From contig JAQGDQ010000003.1 in NCBI GenBank assembly GCA_030141605.1, positions 1,860,001 to 1,924,000 of the forward strand: DNA of 64,000 nucleotides, written 5' to 3'. Within the stretch, counting starts at the first letter, position 1, and every line of letters starts with the position of its first letter. The notes beneath the pieces were generated by a model that was not told where the DNA came from, did not search any database, and saw only the letters and a list, made by a program, of their open reading frames with translations. Position numbers and translations under genes: made by a program. The DNA comes from Tubiluchus corallicola (taxonomy: Eukaryota > Animalia > Priapulida). Below, piece by piece: positions 27,131 through 42,100 of this stretch.

Positions 27131-28470
27131 CATAATAAAGCAATTAAATAATTAATTCAATGTTGCAAAATTGTCTATCAAAGCCAACATTTCTCCAATG
27201 TCAGTTTTTCTGCTATTAACTTCAAGAACTAATTTGTGCCGAAGTGTGCCTTATGCTTAACAGTCAGGTGAACCCAAGCCATCGGTGCAAAATACCATCA
27301 TCTGCACACCTTTCTGTTACGTGAACCCCTAGCCGCGTTACAGATCGTAGTGTGTACTTTCGTACGTGTGTACTTTTGTACGTGTAAAATAATCTTAAAT
27401 TAGGTGGCATTTTACTTTGCGCGAATTGCAGCTTTAATATGACACGTTTCGTGATAGTTTTATAATAAAATAACAGAACTTTAGATTCAGCAAAATAACT
27501 CCATGAATACACTCTATTAAATATACTCACACTCGCGAACTTATACTACAGACGCGCATACGTTCTTCTGTTGGCATTGTACATGTACTAAATATACGTA
27601 ATTCAATAACTTCTTCAACGAACGCACCACATTGGATGCTATGTTTTCAAGTGACTGGGTATGCATAATATCACAATAATGTTTCCTGGCTCAAATCGTA
27701 CGTCTATAGAAGCTTGTGCAATGTGCAAGCCTGCTGGTAACAACTATTCTTGTTTCGCCCAACATGTGTGCCATGTCAAGCAAACTGCAAGAAAAAACGG
27801 AGCTTGGAATTGGAAAGCTATAATCCAGCCAATATTTTCCAACTTTGAAACGCTAGAGGGAAGCACGTAATTGCTGCACCAAAATAAAAGTTCAAGATGA
27901 CGTCATCAGATTTAATTTATGAGGCGAAGACAATAAAGACGATTTAAGTGTTAAACAAAAATTTTAAGCGAAATTTATAATCAGCAAAACAAATGCAAAA
28001 AAATACACGCAGTTGGATGTATATAGTTGCACATTGCCCTTTCATTTAGGCCCTTCGTTTGTTGATAGCCTTAGGACCGTGAAACCTTTAATCCGACCTC
28101 TGATTAAAATGTAAAACAAAAATTTTAAACGAAATTCATAATCAGCAAAACAAACGTAATATTCAGATTTTTAATGCAATGTTGGTGCGTGAGGTAGGGC
28201 GGTACGTATGTCTGTATGCCTATGTATGTGCCTGTTTGCCCAGTAAATCGAAAAAACGGATGAACTTTAAAGCTGTAATATTGCAGAGGCAAGTCTCGAC
28301 AAGAACTGACCTTAACTCTTTGCTTTTCGGTCACTATTGAGAACCCTTTAGTTTTTTTCATGTAATTTAATTAGAATTGCTGCTGTGATTTGTAGTTGGA
28401 TTATAAGTAGCCAATCCATTTTATTAGGTTTTCCTTAGGTCTTAATTTATTAAGTTTAACACACTTAGAT

Positions 28471-28613
28471 ATGTTTCGTGCGCTTGAAAGTGGTGTTAAA
28501 TCAATATAATGCTGTAATAACCAGTAAATAGTGTAAATTTAAATTACAAGTTACAAAATGACGAGCACAAATAGGATAATCACACACCACCAATAGTGCG
28601 GATTGACAACAAA
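28471..28613 (+). repeat. Dispersed repeat, copy 1 (copy 2 at 30776-30920)
   Basis: gcttgaaagtggtgttaaat...gtaaatttaaattacaag..acaaaatgacgagcacaaatagga is shared between the two loci. Confidence 0.85.
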
Positions 28614-30138
28614 TTCTTAAACAGAAAACGCCAGCTTATAAAGCGCTGGTGGCCCGGACCACCACTAATAAATTAAAGGAAGCACTGTACACATTATGCT
28701 GTGGATAACCAAGAAAAGAAAGCTGCAAAAAACGCACAGCAAAGGTGAGAGTGGCTGAAAGAATAGGAGAGAGCAGAGCAAATAACTGAAAGAGAACGAC
28801 TCTAAACCTCGTCATACACATTCAGAGAAGTAAACGTGTAAAACCCGCTAATGGCGACTATTTTCAGTGCAACTGAGTAGAGTATAACAGGTTAGAAAGG
28901 ATGAGATGAGGTAAGGTGGGATGAGATAAAACAATATAACAAAATTTATTTATTGTCGATTATTCTCTCCCCAAAACTTTTTAACAATAATTTTTATGAA
29001 CTGAGTATAAATGTAATTAGTTCTAAAATAGATGCACTGTAAGCTGTATTTACTGCAGTCACCTGTCCTATGCAAATGATGTATTTTTGTTGGCTCCGAC
29101 GTCAGCAGCTTATCATTGCTTATTGTGATTTTGCAATTTAACTTTAGCCGAAACATTTCTGCATTTTCACATTTGAAAAGGCGTCTATTTCAGTTTGATG
29201 ATAATTAATTTTGCTTTATAAGTAGCTCAGCAGTTGTGATGATGTGCGATCTAGTCGAGGCCCAATGTCGTTGCGCCATCTATGAAAAGAAAGAAGACAT
29301 ATTCGCGCCAGAACGCGACATAACAAAACAGCAAAGGTCCTCGTGCAGTTTAGAAGTTTAGAAAGCAATTATCTTAAATACTTTTTCAAACGACCGAAAA
29401 ATTATAGTTTGTGGTTTGATCGACGCTTTTTGAAATATGTCTGTATGATGTGAGACTACTAGCACACTTATTTACTGCTTCTGCAGCTAGCGTTTCAGAG
29501 CTTTTAGGAATCAGTTGGATCATGGGTCAGTCACTTCAGTGTTGCAGGCAGAACTTTGGTGTAGTTTAGCGGTATTTTAACGGCATTCTCAGTTTCTGAG
29601 TTAACTGCGGTTTACTTGTTTGAGTTCATTTTTAAAAAGTTTGTGAGATTCTAGCTCTTAGTCTTAATTTTACTTACTGAATGAGCTTAATTTTAAGTAC
29701 CTGTAGGCTACTAGCTAGTACTTAACATTTTTACTGTCCAAAGTTGCTGCAAACTGCAATGTGTCAGTAATCTTTTCTATTGGGAAACTTTTAGCTACGT
29801 CAATGGATTAACGGATTGTTTAATTATTAGTGATTAATAGTACCTTTACAAATACATGATTACATCTGTTAATGGTTGTTTTTCATCACGTCTGCCCACG
29901 GAAATATGTGTGTCAAGAATCTACAGGTCGTTGGAACCTGTGTTTAATAACAATTACTGGCAACAGTTTAATTTATTTATTTTTTTGGTTTTGCAGTGAT
30001 TACCATTATTGTTCTTATTTCAGTTCATTGATTTGATCAAATCAACAGTTGTGTATTGTTTGGTTACTATTACATGCAGCTGTGTGGCATTAATTTGATA
30101 TTTGACAATAAGTTTTAACTTGTGGCAGTGGTGTCATA

Positions 30139-33100
30139 ATGGCAACTGGCATACCATTTGACTTCGCAAACTGTGGCGAGAAATTTATGAATGCTCCAAT
30201 GCAAAATTCAGCTGTTGATTATGAAGTAACGCATGATCTTCACGTCAAAATGTCAAAGAAAATAGCCCAGCTGACAAAGGTAACAGATATAATTTCTTTT
30301 GCATGCTTGCAGTTACTCTCTTTTTCCTATGAGTAGATCCATTACACCTATTGGATGTAAAATTTCTGCTATTGATGTAAAATTAATAGCAAGTAATTTG
30401 TATATACACAAGTTGTGCTGCGACAGTAAGTCATCAGATCTTATACAATAACAACAAGTTACTGCATAAGGACTGTTGTAAGGCACTGAATTTTTTAAGT
30501 CACTCAATGAACCGTGGTCAAAAAATCCTAGGTAGACTACAAGTACACAGTTAATGGTTCTCATAATCCATCATAATTATGTTTTCTGTGTCAAAACCCT
30601 CATAAACTTCCAACTTACTTATAAGTATAAGTTACCAGCATTCAATAATTATAGTAATACTAGCTTAGTTACATAAGGTAGTCTGAATTCCACAGACTAT
30701 CAGTCGTTTGCATGAAGTCTTACTTATGCATTCCATTCATATAGACACGTGTGCTATATCTATATATATATAGATGTGTTTCATGTGCTTGAAAGTGGTG
30801 TTAAATAAGTATAATGCTGTAGTAACCAGTAAATACTGTAAATTTAAATTACAAGTCACAAAATGACGAGCACAAATAGGAGAATCACAACCCTCCAGTA
30901 GAACAGATTGACATACAAACATGTCAGTAACATACATACATATAAACGTATGTGCATGGTGTAATATATATACTTGCAAACCCCCTGCCCACAAATTTTC
31001 AAGGACATTATATCAATGCTAAACCATTGACTTTTCAAAAATTTACATTGTACCATTTAAATCTACAGGAAATTGTCTCAAGTCACAGCCCTGTTTTAGT
31101 GTGTTGATTTGGTAAAACTTGTCAGACACAGTAATGGCACATTCACACTAGCGAGTTTTTCCCTAAATAAACTTGCCAAGTATCTTGCAATCGCGTTCAG
31201 ACTAGAACGCAAAACTCGCTGCTAGTTACTCTCCAACAGTAAGCGCGAGCTAACACTCGCTTCTTTATTCACTATGAAAAATGCCAATAGTAACTCGCCA
31301 GGGCATTTACACTAGACAGTAAATCAACTCTCAGCAACTGAAGAGAATTTGCAAAGTTTTCTTGCCAACAGCAACTTGCAAAGCAGTTCGCACTCGCGAG
31401 TTTGCAGTCAGACAGAAAACTCGTGACAGAAAACTCAATAGTCCCAACCTGCTCTTAGCCTGAATTACTTTGGAAGTTCTCTAAGCATCAATCTTAAAAG
31501 CAATTATATTGCTATTTACTTTGAGCAAATGTACACTTAAAATGCTTGCATAAGCCTGTACTAATGATGTTATTCAATGAAGCCATTATTGTTATGTAGC
31601 ATAACTTTATGTCAGCAAGCATGAACTGTGGGTTGTCTGGCAAATATTAGGCATAGCCAGCAGAGTTCACATGTGTTCGAGTTTGTTTACTTGCTAAGCA
31701 CTGCAGTTAGCAGCTTCCTGGCCCATCTGCTGAGTGGTAATTGTTGCAGTACAGTAGGATATGTGTATGCCTGTATCCTGTTCAGTTACTGATGTGTCTT
31801 GACGTTATTGGAAACCATGGAATGTTGGGGAAAATTCAAGAATGATAACTGTCTCAAAGAATCTTGTTACTGTTTATTTTAGTATTCACGCTATTAAGCT
31901 CTATAAACAGCAATGCAATGCCATTCCCATGGTTTCTTCTATTTACATAATTAATGTTATGAGAATTTATTTATGTGTAAATGTTGATCTTTTGTATAAA
32001 AATACATATAACATTTGCTGATTTAAATGCACTTTAGGTCATATGTGCTTTAAATACAAAGAACGATGAGCAGGAGATGGCACTTTTGCAATTGCAGAGG
32101 TCTCATCAAGAAGAGATTGAGCATGTGAATGCCACCTGTGACAACAGATTGCAAGACTATTATGTTAAATGTACAGAGGTCAAGGTACACTTTGGGTCGA
32201 ATGCCTAAAAAATTTAAACATCGAATTACTAATACAGACTAAACACATATCAGGAATGCTCAATAATTTTTTTGCACACTCGTGTTTTGATAAATTCAAA
32301 TTCAAAGTTAGATATTACAACATAAACAGCTTCCTTACTATCCTGGTGATTTGGAATACATGTGATTCACTGTATTAATCCAATACATAATTTTTTGTGA
32401 CTTGTAGTAAAGTAATGAATTGGTACATATATATATATACTTATTAAATTAATTTGATGAATTACAATTAATATCTCTTGAAAATGTATAAAAATGTTCT
32501 TATTGGTCTCATATTCATTTTTTATCTCCTTCCTTGAACTATTAAGCTGTCTTTCAGCCTCACATTTTCTTGTTAAAATTTGCCTCTCCATTTAGATGTT
32601 TAAGGATGAAATAACTCGATTAGAAGCATTTACTAAGGAGCAGGAAGACGTTCGTCGAAAAACTCGAGTTGAAATGGAAAGCTTACGTTCTTACTATGAA
32701 AAACAAGAGCAAAAACTTCAGCGAGAGCACTCGGAAAAACTGATTGATTTATCGCAGGAGGTACTGAAAACCAAACAAGAGTTTGAAGAGCAGTTGAAGA
32801 GGTAACCTGAATTTTTTATAATTGTTTATCTGCTGGTGCATGATGACAGGATTAGTGCAGATATTGTATAAAGATTTTCATTAATGCATCTTAAATAATT
32901 TGTATTATTGTGTATGTCAGTGTTTCAAGAAAAATTGAAGACTAAGAGTTGTGAAGCCAAACTGCTGTGTAACACTGACTAATAAGCTTTGAAGTTTTTT
33001 TACGTTTCTTTTGTGAAAAGTTGGAATTATCAAAAATAAAAACTCTGGAATTTAACAGAAAGTATCACATATGAATTGAAGCAAGTACATTGAAAAAATT

Positions 33101-36100
33101 GCAGAAGCTTCATACAAATTTGTGTCTCTCAGGTGGTGCTTAAAACTGCTATAACATGTGCTAATTGTTTTGTTTATTAAAGAAGTATGGCTGTGTGTTT
33201 CACTGAGTTTTTACTGTTGTTGTTTGTTATGCATTTGAAACTAAGAGTCTCAGATTTATTTTATATGTGATAAATTCATATCATGTGTACATACGTTGTT
33301 TCATGTATGTAACTTTCGTTGATTGTACTTCTATGGTACAATGAGTATGCATTTAAAGGCACTTATTGCTTGTGCAAAAATGTTTTGCAGGTACCAGCAG
33401 CTTCAGCGAGAGTGGGAGGAAGAACGGAAGAACACTGTCTTAGACCTAAAAGAATCTCATCGTCGAGAGATAGACGAACTGCTCTCTCAGCAGCTAGAGG
33501 ATAACAAAGACATTAGCAATCAGTGGAGAAAACTTGAGGCAATTTACCGTGACCAACTGAGTGAGTTTGAAGCAAAATGTGATAAATTGCAAGCTGAGCG
33601 TGAGAGTGCCTTAGAGGAGCGCAAGGCCGTGCAGGAAGAGTGTGATGCAAAACTGGCAAAAATGAAAGTTTTTTATGAATCGGAAATGAAAACTTTCGAA
33701 GAAGGCGTGAGGACCGAACGTAGCAAACATTTAAGTGTTATGGAGCAAGACATTGTAGCAGCACAGAAAAGGTACACTTTTAGCGCATTGTTAAACATTT
33801 GTTTCCTTTTGATGCGAAATGAGTACCATTTATTACTGAGGGTTATGGAAACAATATTCGTTCATAAATCATGAGGATGGATATTGTTTTCTTCCTTTAC
33901 CATTCAACACACTACAGGCCAGTATGCAACACTCAATAACCACATCTACTTAATTACATTGATGACTGTAGCAGGACTAGAACAGGAACAGACTATATAT
34001 CAAGAGTAATCCCTCAGATGTGATATCAAACCACTCTCTTATCAGATGTGATATCCTCTTAATCGAAGTAAATAGCCAAAAACAGTATGTCTAATGAAGC
34101 TGTCAAGAAATGATTTTTCTAGCGTTCATCCAGGGCTCTATTTACTAACCAGACCCACTATTGTCAAACTTCAGTGCACACACCATGACCGTTCAACAAT
34201 TCCTCTCAGCCCTTGTTGAAAACTGAAACATTGGCAGGTACACATTGTTTGCTGTGTCAACATATCGGCATGTATTATATTGTGTTAAGTACTATGTGGG
34301 TTGCCAGCGCTGATGTGGCATTAAAAATCAATAAGGAGGATATATGTAACTGTTTGCAAATTTATGCATTAAGGTAATCTTATACAAAGAGTATACTTAT
34401 TAAAATGATAGCAAAGTTCTGTTTTCAACTCCGCAATTGTTTGCAATATTTTATGATTTTTTTAGCATGGTTTGTTTAAAATAATTGGTTGCTTAAGTTA
34501 CAATGACTTATTTTTTATCACAGTCTTTCAAATTGGGTGTTAATTTTTTTCTGGTTACTCCACTAATTCAAATTTCTCATTTTTCTGTCTTTGTTAATCT
34601 TGCACTGAGTTTATTTTTTCATTAGTTCTTTTTTGTACTTGTTCATTGTCAAAAATCTAATCTATTAAACTTGTCGCAACTTTTGAAGTTATCGTTGTAT
34701 AATGGGATTTATGTCCTAAACATGTCTGTATATATCTTTTGCATTTTAGCGTATTTGTTTGTACACGTACAGTTGTTTGTTTGTATATAATTTTGTACAG
34801 TTGTTCTTATTTTTTATAATGGAGGAGTACTGTATGTATTTATGTATGCCATTAATATTCAGTGTCAAACCAGCTTTGTGTAAAGTCGATTTTAATTGAA
34901 AAAAAAGTGAAGTGCACAATTGCTTACACTAACTGCCAGTGCGTTATAAACGTGTTACAAAATCCTTTACTATTAAAGTGTCTGAGTATATGTATAGACT
35001 CTTCTAAGTATAACATTTTTGAGCCACCTTTGGTAAAAATTTTCATTTTCACGAATTAACGTTTTCACTTGAATAGAGAAAAGGAGGTGCGACAGGCAAT
35101 GGAGCATCAAGAGAAAGAGTTGAATGATCAACTTGAGAATGTCGTGAAACAGCTGTCTGAAAGTGAAATGGATGTGACTGAGCTGCGAATAGAAAAATCT
35201 CAATTACAAGTGATCGTGCAAGACCTGGAGCAGGAGAAAAATGCCTTAACTAAACAAGTATGTATGTTAGTATGTACACCTAATTTCATTTATTCTTAAA
35301 ATTAAATCACCGGTTACACATTAAACGAATGTAAAATATGAGAAATGTTTATAGATGAATTAGTTGCTGTTGTTTATTAGCATCTAAATGGAAAATAGTC
35401 TGAATGGTTAAACATGTTCTGAAATAATGTATTTTATTTTAGTTAAAAGAACTGAGTGATAAAAAAGAAGAGCTAGAATGCCGATTGGGAGAAACACAAA
35501 GTCAGTTTACGGAAATGTTGCAAAAATGCACTCAACTTGACAATGATTTGTTGAACAAGAGCAGTAAGTAATGATAATTGTTTGATATTCAACTTTTCAA
35601 TTAGTTAATTATTTTTTGTAAAGTTAATTACGTGTTGTCATCACAAATTTACACAAGTTATTATTGCAAAACTGCTTAGTCTGACACATTGAAAACCTAA
35701 GAAATAGATTTACCCATGAATGTTATTTTCTGCCTGTGCTCAAGCATTCCAACAGTGTTCAGCAATGTGCTCATAAACTCAGTCACTGTTGGGCCTGATT
35801 AAAAGTATAACTTACTCATCATTGATCCAATTTGCAGGAGCTTCGGTTTTCTATTTTTGGTGAGTATTGCCACAGTTTTGCTTATCTACAGTCTTGCTAA
35901 AACAACAGCTGAGCTACAGTCTTTGCTAACTTAAATCAGCTGCCATCTGTTTCCTTCTTAATGACTTGAACTACCTTCTTGGTTAAAATCTGTTCTCTTG
36001 CTTAACACCCTCAGTGGGTTACCAGAGCAGTTGCATTAGCTAGGAATAACCATGTGTTGTTGTTTTCTACTTAGTGTGCAAGTCTGCTCCCTCTCAAACT

Positions 36101-39100
36101 CTGCTTTGTTGGAGTTTTAAGATGTTTATCGGTGATAATAAACAAGCTATGGTTTTCTCTAATAGAGCAATTTAGTGGGTAATAAACAACCTTTTCTATA
36201 CTGCTTGGTTCTCAGCTTAAATATATACATATAAATGGCAATGTATGCAGGAAACAATGATACATCCTTATTCCCTATGTTTAGGTTATTCTATATATTT
36301 ATTATCCTGCATAGTTATTTATAACCTTCATGCAGTTGGTGCAATTAATAGTAACTATTAAAACGTACTCATCTGTATGACTAGTCGTGTATTTCTAGGT
36401 AATTTTGTATCCATATAATTCGTGTAATCATATTGCTAATAGAACCAGCGCATTGACAATGGTAAGTCCCTGACTCTTGTGTAGAGTTGTGCCTATTTAA
36501 TCAGTTTTTGTGATTACAGGCATTTGGCAATCTGCTACCCATGTCTCTAGTAATCGACTAATTATTATAATAAAAAAATATAAACAATCTAAAATATCAG
36601 AAATGTACTACTAGGAAGCCGGTTAAAAATTCAATAACTATTAAATTAAACAAATGAAAATCATTTTGCAGCTTGAATTATGAAGATAACCCTGTGCGGT
36701 GATTCTTCTATTTATACACACAGTACTTGTTGAAAACAAAGCATAACCATGTGCTTTGTTTCATTCACTGTTTCTTAACATGTTTTCCGTTAATTTTTAA
36801 GCTATAAGGAATTATTAAGGAAGAATATAGTGTTTTTAAATTAAAAGCAGATGACGATAGTCTTGTAAACAGATGAGTAACAGCGTTCTTGGCGGCTATC
36901 GGTATCAACTAATTGGTAAATTCCATAATCGCTAATCGGTGCACTTCTGCTCTGAGAATTTTGATATTTGACCTAACATCAATCTTTCTGGCCAAATTTG
37001 GTTCACGTATTCTCATAGGCAAAAAAGTATGCAAAGACTAATTTCCCAGTGGCGCCTCTTAGTAAAACAATGTCAAATGGTTTTCATGTACAAGTTTCAG
37101 GAAGTTTCGTATAATTGGCACTTTTAGCCACATCTGGCAATTTTTATCTTTGTAGGTCAGCGAATGCCATCATCCAAAAATTCTCACCTATCATCTAGAC
37201 CTTACACCTGACATTTTGCGAGACAACACCTGCCTTAGTAACACTGTAGAATCCTGTATCTTCCCTCCCAGGGGTCATAGGGATATGACAATATTATTGT
37301 CATAGCTTTGTTGTTAAAAGGTGACAAGTCATTATAATTCCTCGCATTGAGTTGGCTCGCATTCTCCCACTGCACTCACCATCTTGGATCGTCCCTTGCC
37401 TTTTCCTCCAGGCCATCAACCATGAATCTCCCATGAATGGTCATCGCAAGCCATCACCCAAAAGTTGTTACCTAACAGGAACGGCTAAAACAGTTTTCTC
37501 AATTTTATCAATGTGATACTTCACTCTCATTCCTTACACTGAGCTGACTCAGATTCTTTCACCATACTCACCATCATGGATCATCCGTCCGTCTAGAGAG
37601 ATAGGTTCATTGCAAACCATTGCCTAAAGTTGTCACTTATCACCTAACAGCTACATTAACATTTTGTGCTCCCCCTCCTCCAGGAAGCGGAGGTACTTGT
37701 CAGATTTTCAATAGATGACAGGTCGCTGTAGATTTTTCACATTGAGCTGATTCAAATTCTTTCACAATACACTCCATCCTGGATCTTTCATTCTGGGGTA
37801 TCATGGGTAAAAGAATAATTGCAGGCCATTGCCCAAAAATTATTACTCATCTTCTAACGTTTACATTTGACATTTTTTCAGTCTGAGGGACATAACTTGC
37901 CTTATAGTTGCAATTGCTCAAATCCTGAACCAGCCTTCCCAACTGGAAGGGGAGTTAAAATATTTTTGTCAGTAGTTGATTGCCAGCTGGTGACAGGACA
38001 CTCTTAATTTGTCACACTGAACTGACAGATCCTTCCACTATTGCCACCATCCTGGATCCTGTATGGGAGAGGGTAAAATTCTCTTTGTCTTCATTGGGCT
38101 GTCAGTGGGTTTCCAATATGCTCACCATTGCTGTGTAGCCATTGAGTTTATAGGTTTCTAAGATATACCCATGTTCTGGAAATGCCCTTGTGATGACCTT
38201 TGATCTCGACCAGCATCTAGTACCAATGTTACCCCAATACCAAAAATCTCAAGGCTACACCTTTGTGGTTCAGGTAAAACTGGCTTAAACACAAATTGTG
38301 GACGGACAATGGATGCTGCAAGGTGACATAAAGTTCCCAGACTTGGAATGTCAGGGATCTAAAAATCGTGGTTTATACTACCTTGAGTTATATTCCAAAG
38401 AACCACAGTTGACATGTCTTGTGTATTGGGTATATATATGGCTATTGTATTTAAATTTTGCAGAACTTTAGCATTCAGAATTTATCACCTTTGTGGCTTA
38501 CAGCAAATACTTCAGCTTGCTAATAAAATTCTGTGAAAGTTTTAGAAACTTGGACGAAAAATAGATTTATTATGGTCATGAATTACTAGCCTAAACGACT
38601 TTATTTATCTTGCTATATTGTACAAAACGACTTTTGTATTTGGTTTACTATTCTTATATGCACTATGGGTGTAACTCCGGTATAACATTCATGTTATTTA
38701 AAATTAAATATCTTGAATGATGATTTAAAATTTTCTACGTTATGTGCTAGTTAGTCATTCATTGAAACATTTATTGCCAAATGCTACATCAGTTTTTAAA
38801 TTGCTATAACAGCTAATGATCTAATTTTATTATAAAATGGTCTGCAATTTCCCAAAGGTTTTAAGCCTTTTATTAAGGTTTGTAACACCCAACGTATCAT
38901 TGGAAGAGAATAGATGTATTTGCTGTTACTCAAAACGTTGAGCATTGTTTTATATACTATACGATCTCTGGTTATTGTGTTTCCATTAAGGTGGCTGAGA
39001 TACTGCTGCTGGTCCCAAATCTCATCTTAGATAATGGTTCTAGCGTTGAAACATTTAATATTTTCCCATACTTTTAAGTGCTTGATATCAACTCGCCGTC

Positions 39101-42100
39101 TTGCAGTGTGCTGAATTGTATAGTGTATAATAAAGGGGTTATTATTCCTTTGTGTTGGGCTTTATTATAGCTCTGTAAATAGAAGCAATTTTATTTTGCT
39201 TCTAAATTAGTTGCATAACCTATTTGAGATCCCAAAAAATAATTTTCATAGTGAATACTTCTATGTGCCATAATGCTACATTATGTATGTAAAAAAGCCG
39301 GATCGCTGTAACATGCCTTGCTTTAACATGTGATTGATTGGCTTATACATTTGTTACTGTAATAGAAACCGCTGGCGGTAACAAGAGTGAGAACATCACG
39401 ACATTTCTGTGTGTAAATTTAGCAACTAGCCTTGATCAAATGTAAATAGCTAATGTTAACATTTCTATGTGGTTTTAAAATCAACAAGCATTTTCTCACT
39501 GCCTGTTTTGAAGATAATGATCTGCAGTGTTTTCATGTTTTATAAATACAGGCTGTCTCCTGTCATTTCATTATATCCATGTTAGGAAACAAATACTTAA
39601 TGGGATAAGTGTCCTTAATGCAGGAGCAGTGTTGCGTGTTCCATAGTTAAAATTAGCAGCAGTATAATATTTGTCCAAAAAAAATCAAATGCTTACAAAG
39701 ATTACAATCTAGCTTCTGATCGTCAAGGTTTTGGACAGTGTGTGGCTTGTCAGTAAGTGCGGTTTAAATTAGAATTAAAAATGATACCCTAGCAAAGTAG
39801 ATACATACTTTATTATTGTGCTTATTAATTAAGTCACTCATACTTATAGTAAATGTTCTCTGTTGCCCGTTGTTTGCATGCTTTTACATTCTGAAACATG
39901 GCAGGCTCCACTTGTAAATGCCAGGCACTCCTGTCTGCCAGCTGCTGTCCATGATGCATGATCCCTCAATCCTAGAGTTGTATTTGCCAAATCTTTTTGC
40001 AGTATATCTATATATGTCAGTAGCTGACTCCCTTTTGGCCTTTTTATCGTTTTGAGAGCTTTACGTATAGCTGTAGGAAGAGGAGGTTTCTAAAGTAGTC
40101 TTAGTACAGCCCTGTATGATGCAGTCTTCTTAGTTGGATTTGTTTACACCAAGGATTCTTCTTCACCACATCATGCAGATCATAATTGGATATTCTGTCA
40201 AGCCATTTAATATGTTGTCCCAATGACTGTAATTGCATATTTCTTAATAAAACTGAGAAAATGTGCATCAAATGAGAAAGCAAAAAATGTCATAAAACGT
40301 ATTTGCAAATGTGCTGTACAAAAGTTATAAGCAAGTGAAGAAAGTGGTGAGCATATTATTTTTTGTCTTTGACTGTGTCCAAGATCATGTTTATTAAGGC
40401 AAGTCAGTAAGACCAAAATCGCAAATTTTATTATCAATTTCATTTTATATAGAATTACACACATCTATCAAAGTAGTAAACCAAATGAAAATGCTAAACA
40501 ATAACATTATGTGGAGATGTGCTGGTCTACACTTTAATTGAAAATCTTGTATTGGTCTTATAACACTGTATAAATTGTGAGCTGTCAACCTTTTTTTACC
40601 ACAGACTTTGTGTTAATCTTTGAATGATCGTGACATGTTTATGCCAGTAGCTCTATTTTTATCTACAATGTTTTCTGGGAATATGCCTGCATTTTTTTAT
40701 GGCTATATGACATTATGAGTTTTATAAATTTTTGCCAAAAATTTGAAGTAAGTGTAGAAGTGTAGTAAAGCTTATCTTTTGGCACTAAAACTTCTCAGGG
40801 ACAAATAGACCTGCTTCTTAGGTCATGGTAATGCAATTCTCAGAGGCAAACTGACTGGCCTTTTGGGTCATGATAATGCAATCAAAATTATAGTGTTTCA
40901 TTTTGTGAAGTTAAATATCTTAATTAACTAATAGCAATAAAGAAGCAATCGTTGTTACTGCTTATAAATTAATTTACCCACACATTGACTTTTGAGCTTT
41001 AAAGGCAACACCTTATAATGGTTCAGATTTTTTATCATCAGATGGTGCCTCTTGTGATGAAAAGAGTCCTTTTATGATCAGTGCTAAAATATTTGCAGAC
41101 ATATTTGTACATATATCTCCATCTACTAAGGTTACTGGAGAACAACTCTTAATAAAGCCTGGTGTTTCAATACAATCTTTAACTATTTGTGGTTGAATCA
41201 GAGAATAAAACATTTTGATTTCGCCCGCAATGCCAATTCTGACTGCTTGTTTTTCTGACTGCATCTGCATACCAGTTTCCTAGAACATTTCAAGGTCTTC
41301 TCTTCAGTTCCCCTGAGACAACATATTTATTACCTAAGCTAATGGTAAATTATGTTTTTGGTGAATTATACAGTTGGCAGATCTAATATTGCAACGCTGT
41401 ATGTTTCTGCGTGTATTGTTGTATGATAAATCTGCTTCAAGATTCTTGATTTCGTCAGTCTATTTTTACCATCACGTGGCTGTAATTATCTATGGGAAGA
41501 ATAAACAGCATCACAAATTAAAGGCAAGCCCATCTGTTAAGCTTTATCCGAAACTGCTTCTACTTCTACAAGAATTTAGGCAGCATGTAGTTAAACCAAA
41601 TTTTCAAGTCAACAAATTAAGCAGAGAAAATGGATTTCCGGGGCATACTTCCTGTTTTAACATACTTTTACTGCTGTTCAGTAGCACCCTTGTGGTAAGA
41701 AAACTGTGTGCTTGAAATTTATCTTTCTAATTTGTTCATGTGTTGCACTGTGTTATTCTTACTTTGGAAGGCCTAATGCAATAGATATTAATTTTTCCGT
41801 TCGAACGCGCTTCTTACACTTATACCTCCTTGCTCATAAACTTCAGAGTTTAGACAAACTGGTTAATGCAAAGCTTCTGAGCGTAGAATCTTAGCAGGGC
41901 TCTCATATTACATGAGCAAAGCATGTACAATATTTCGTAGCACTCAAGAGATAAACAGCACTTTGCTGGGCTAGTATGCACACCGGAAACGCAACAAACG
42001 TTATGGTCTTTATTCTGGCATATAATTGTGCACACTGTAATGTTAACCGTTTTATTAGTTCATTTGCATACAGTTTTTTGTTAAAGATTTTTTATTTCCC

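Noticed and set aside
41013-41270. 85-aa ORF faintly like a retroelement RT segment
   Set aside because: No catalytic motif; may belong to the neighbouring RTE remnant but this cannot be shown by eye.
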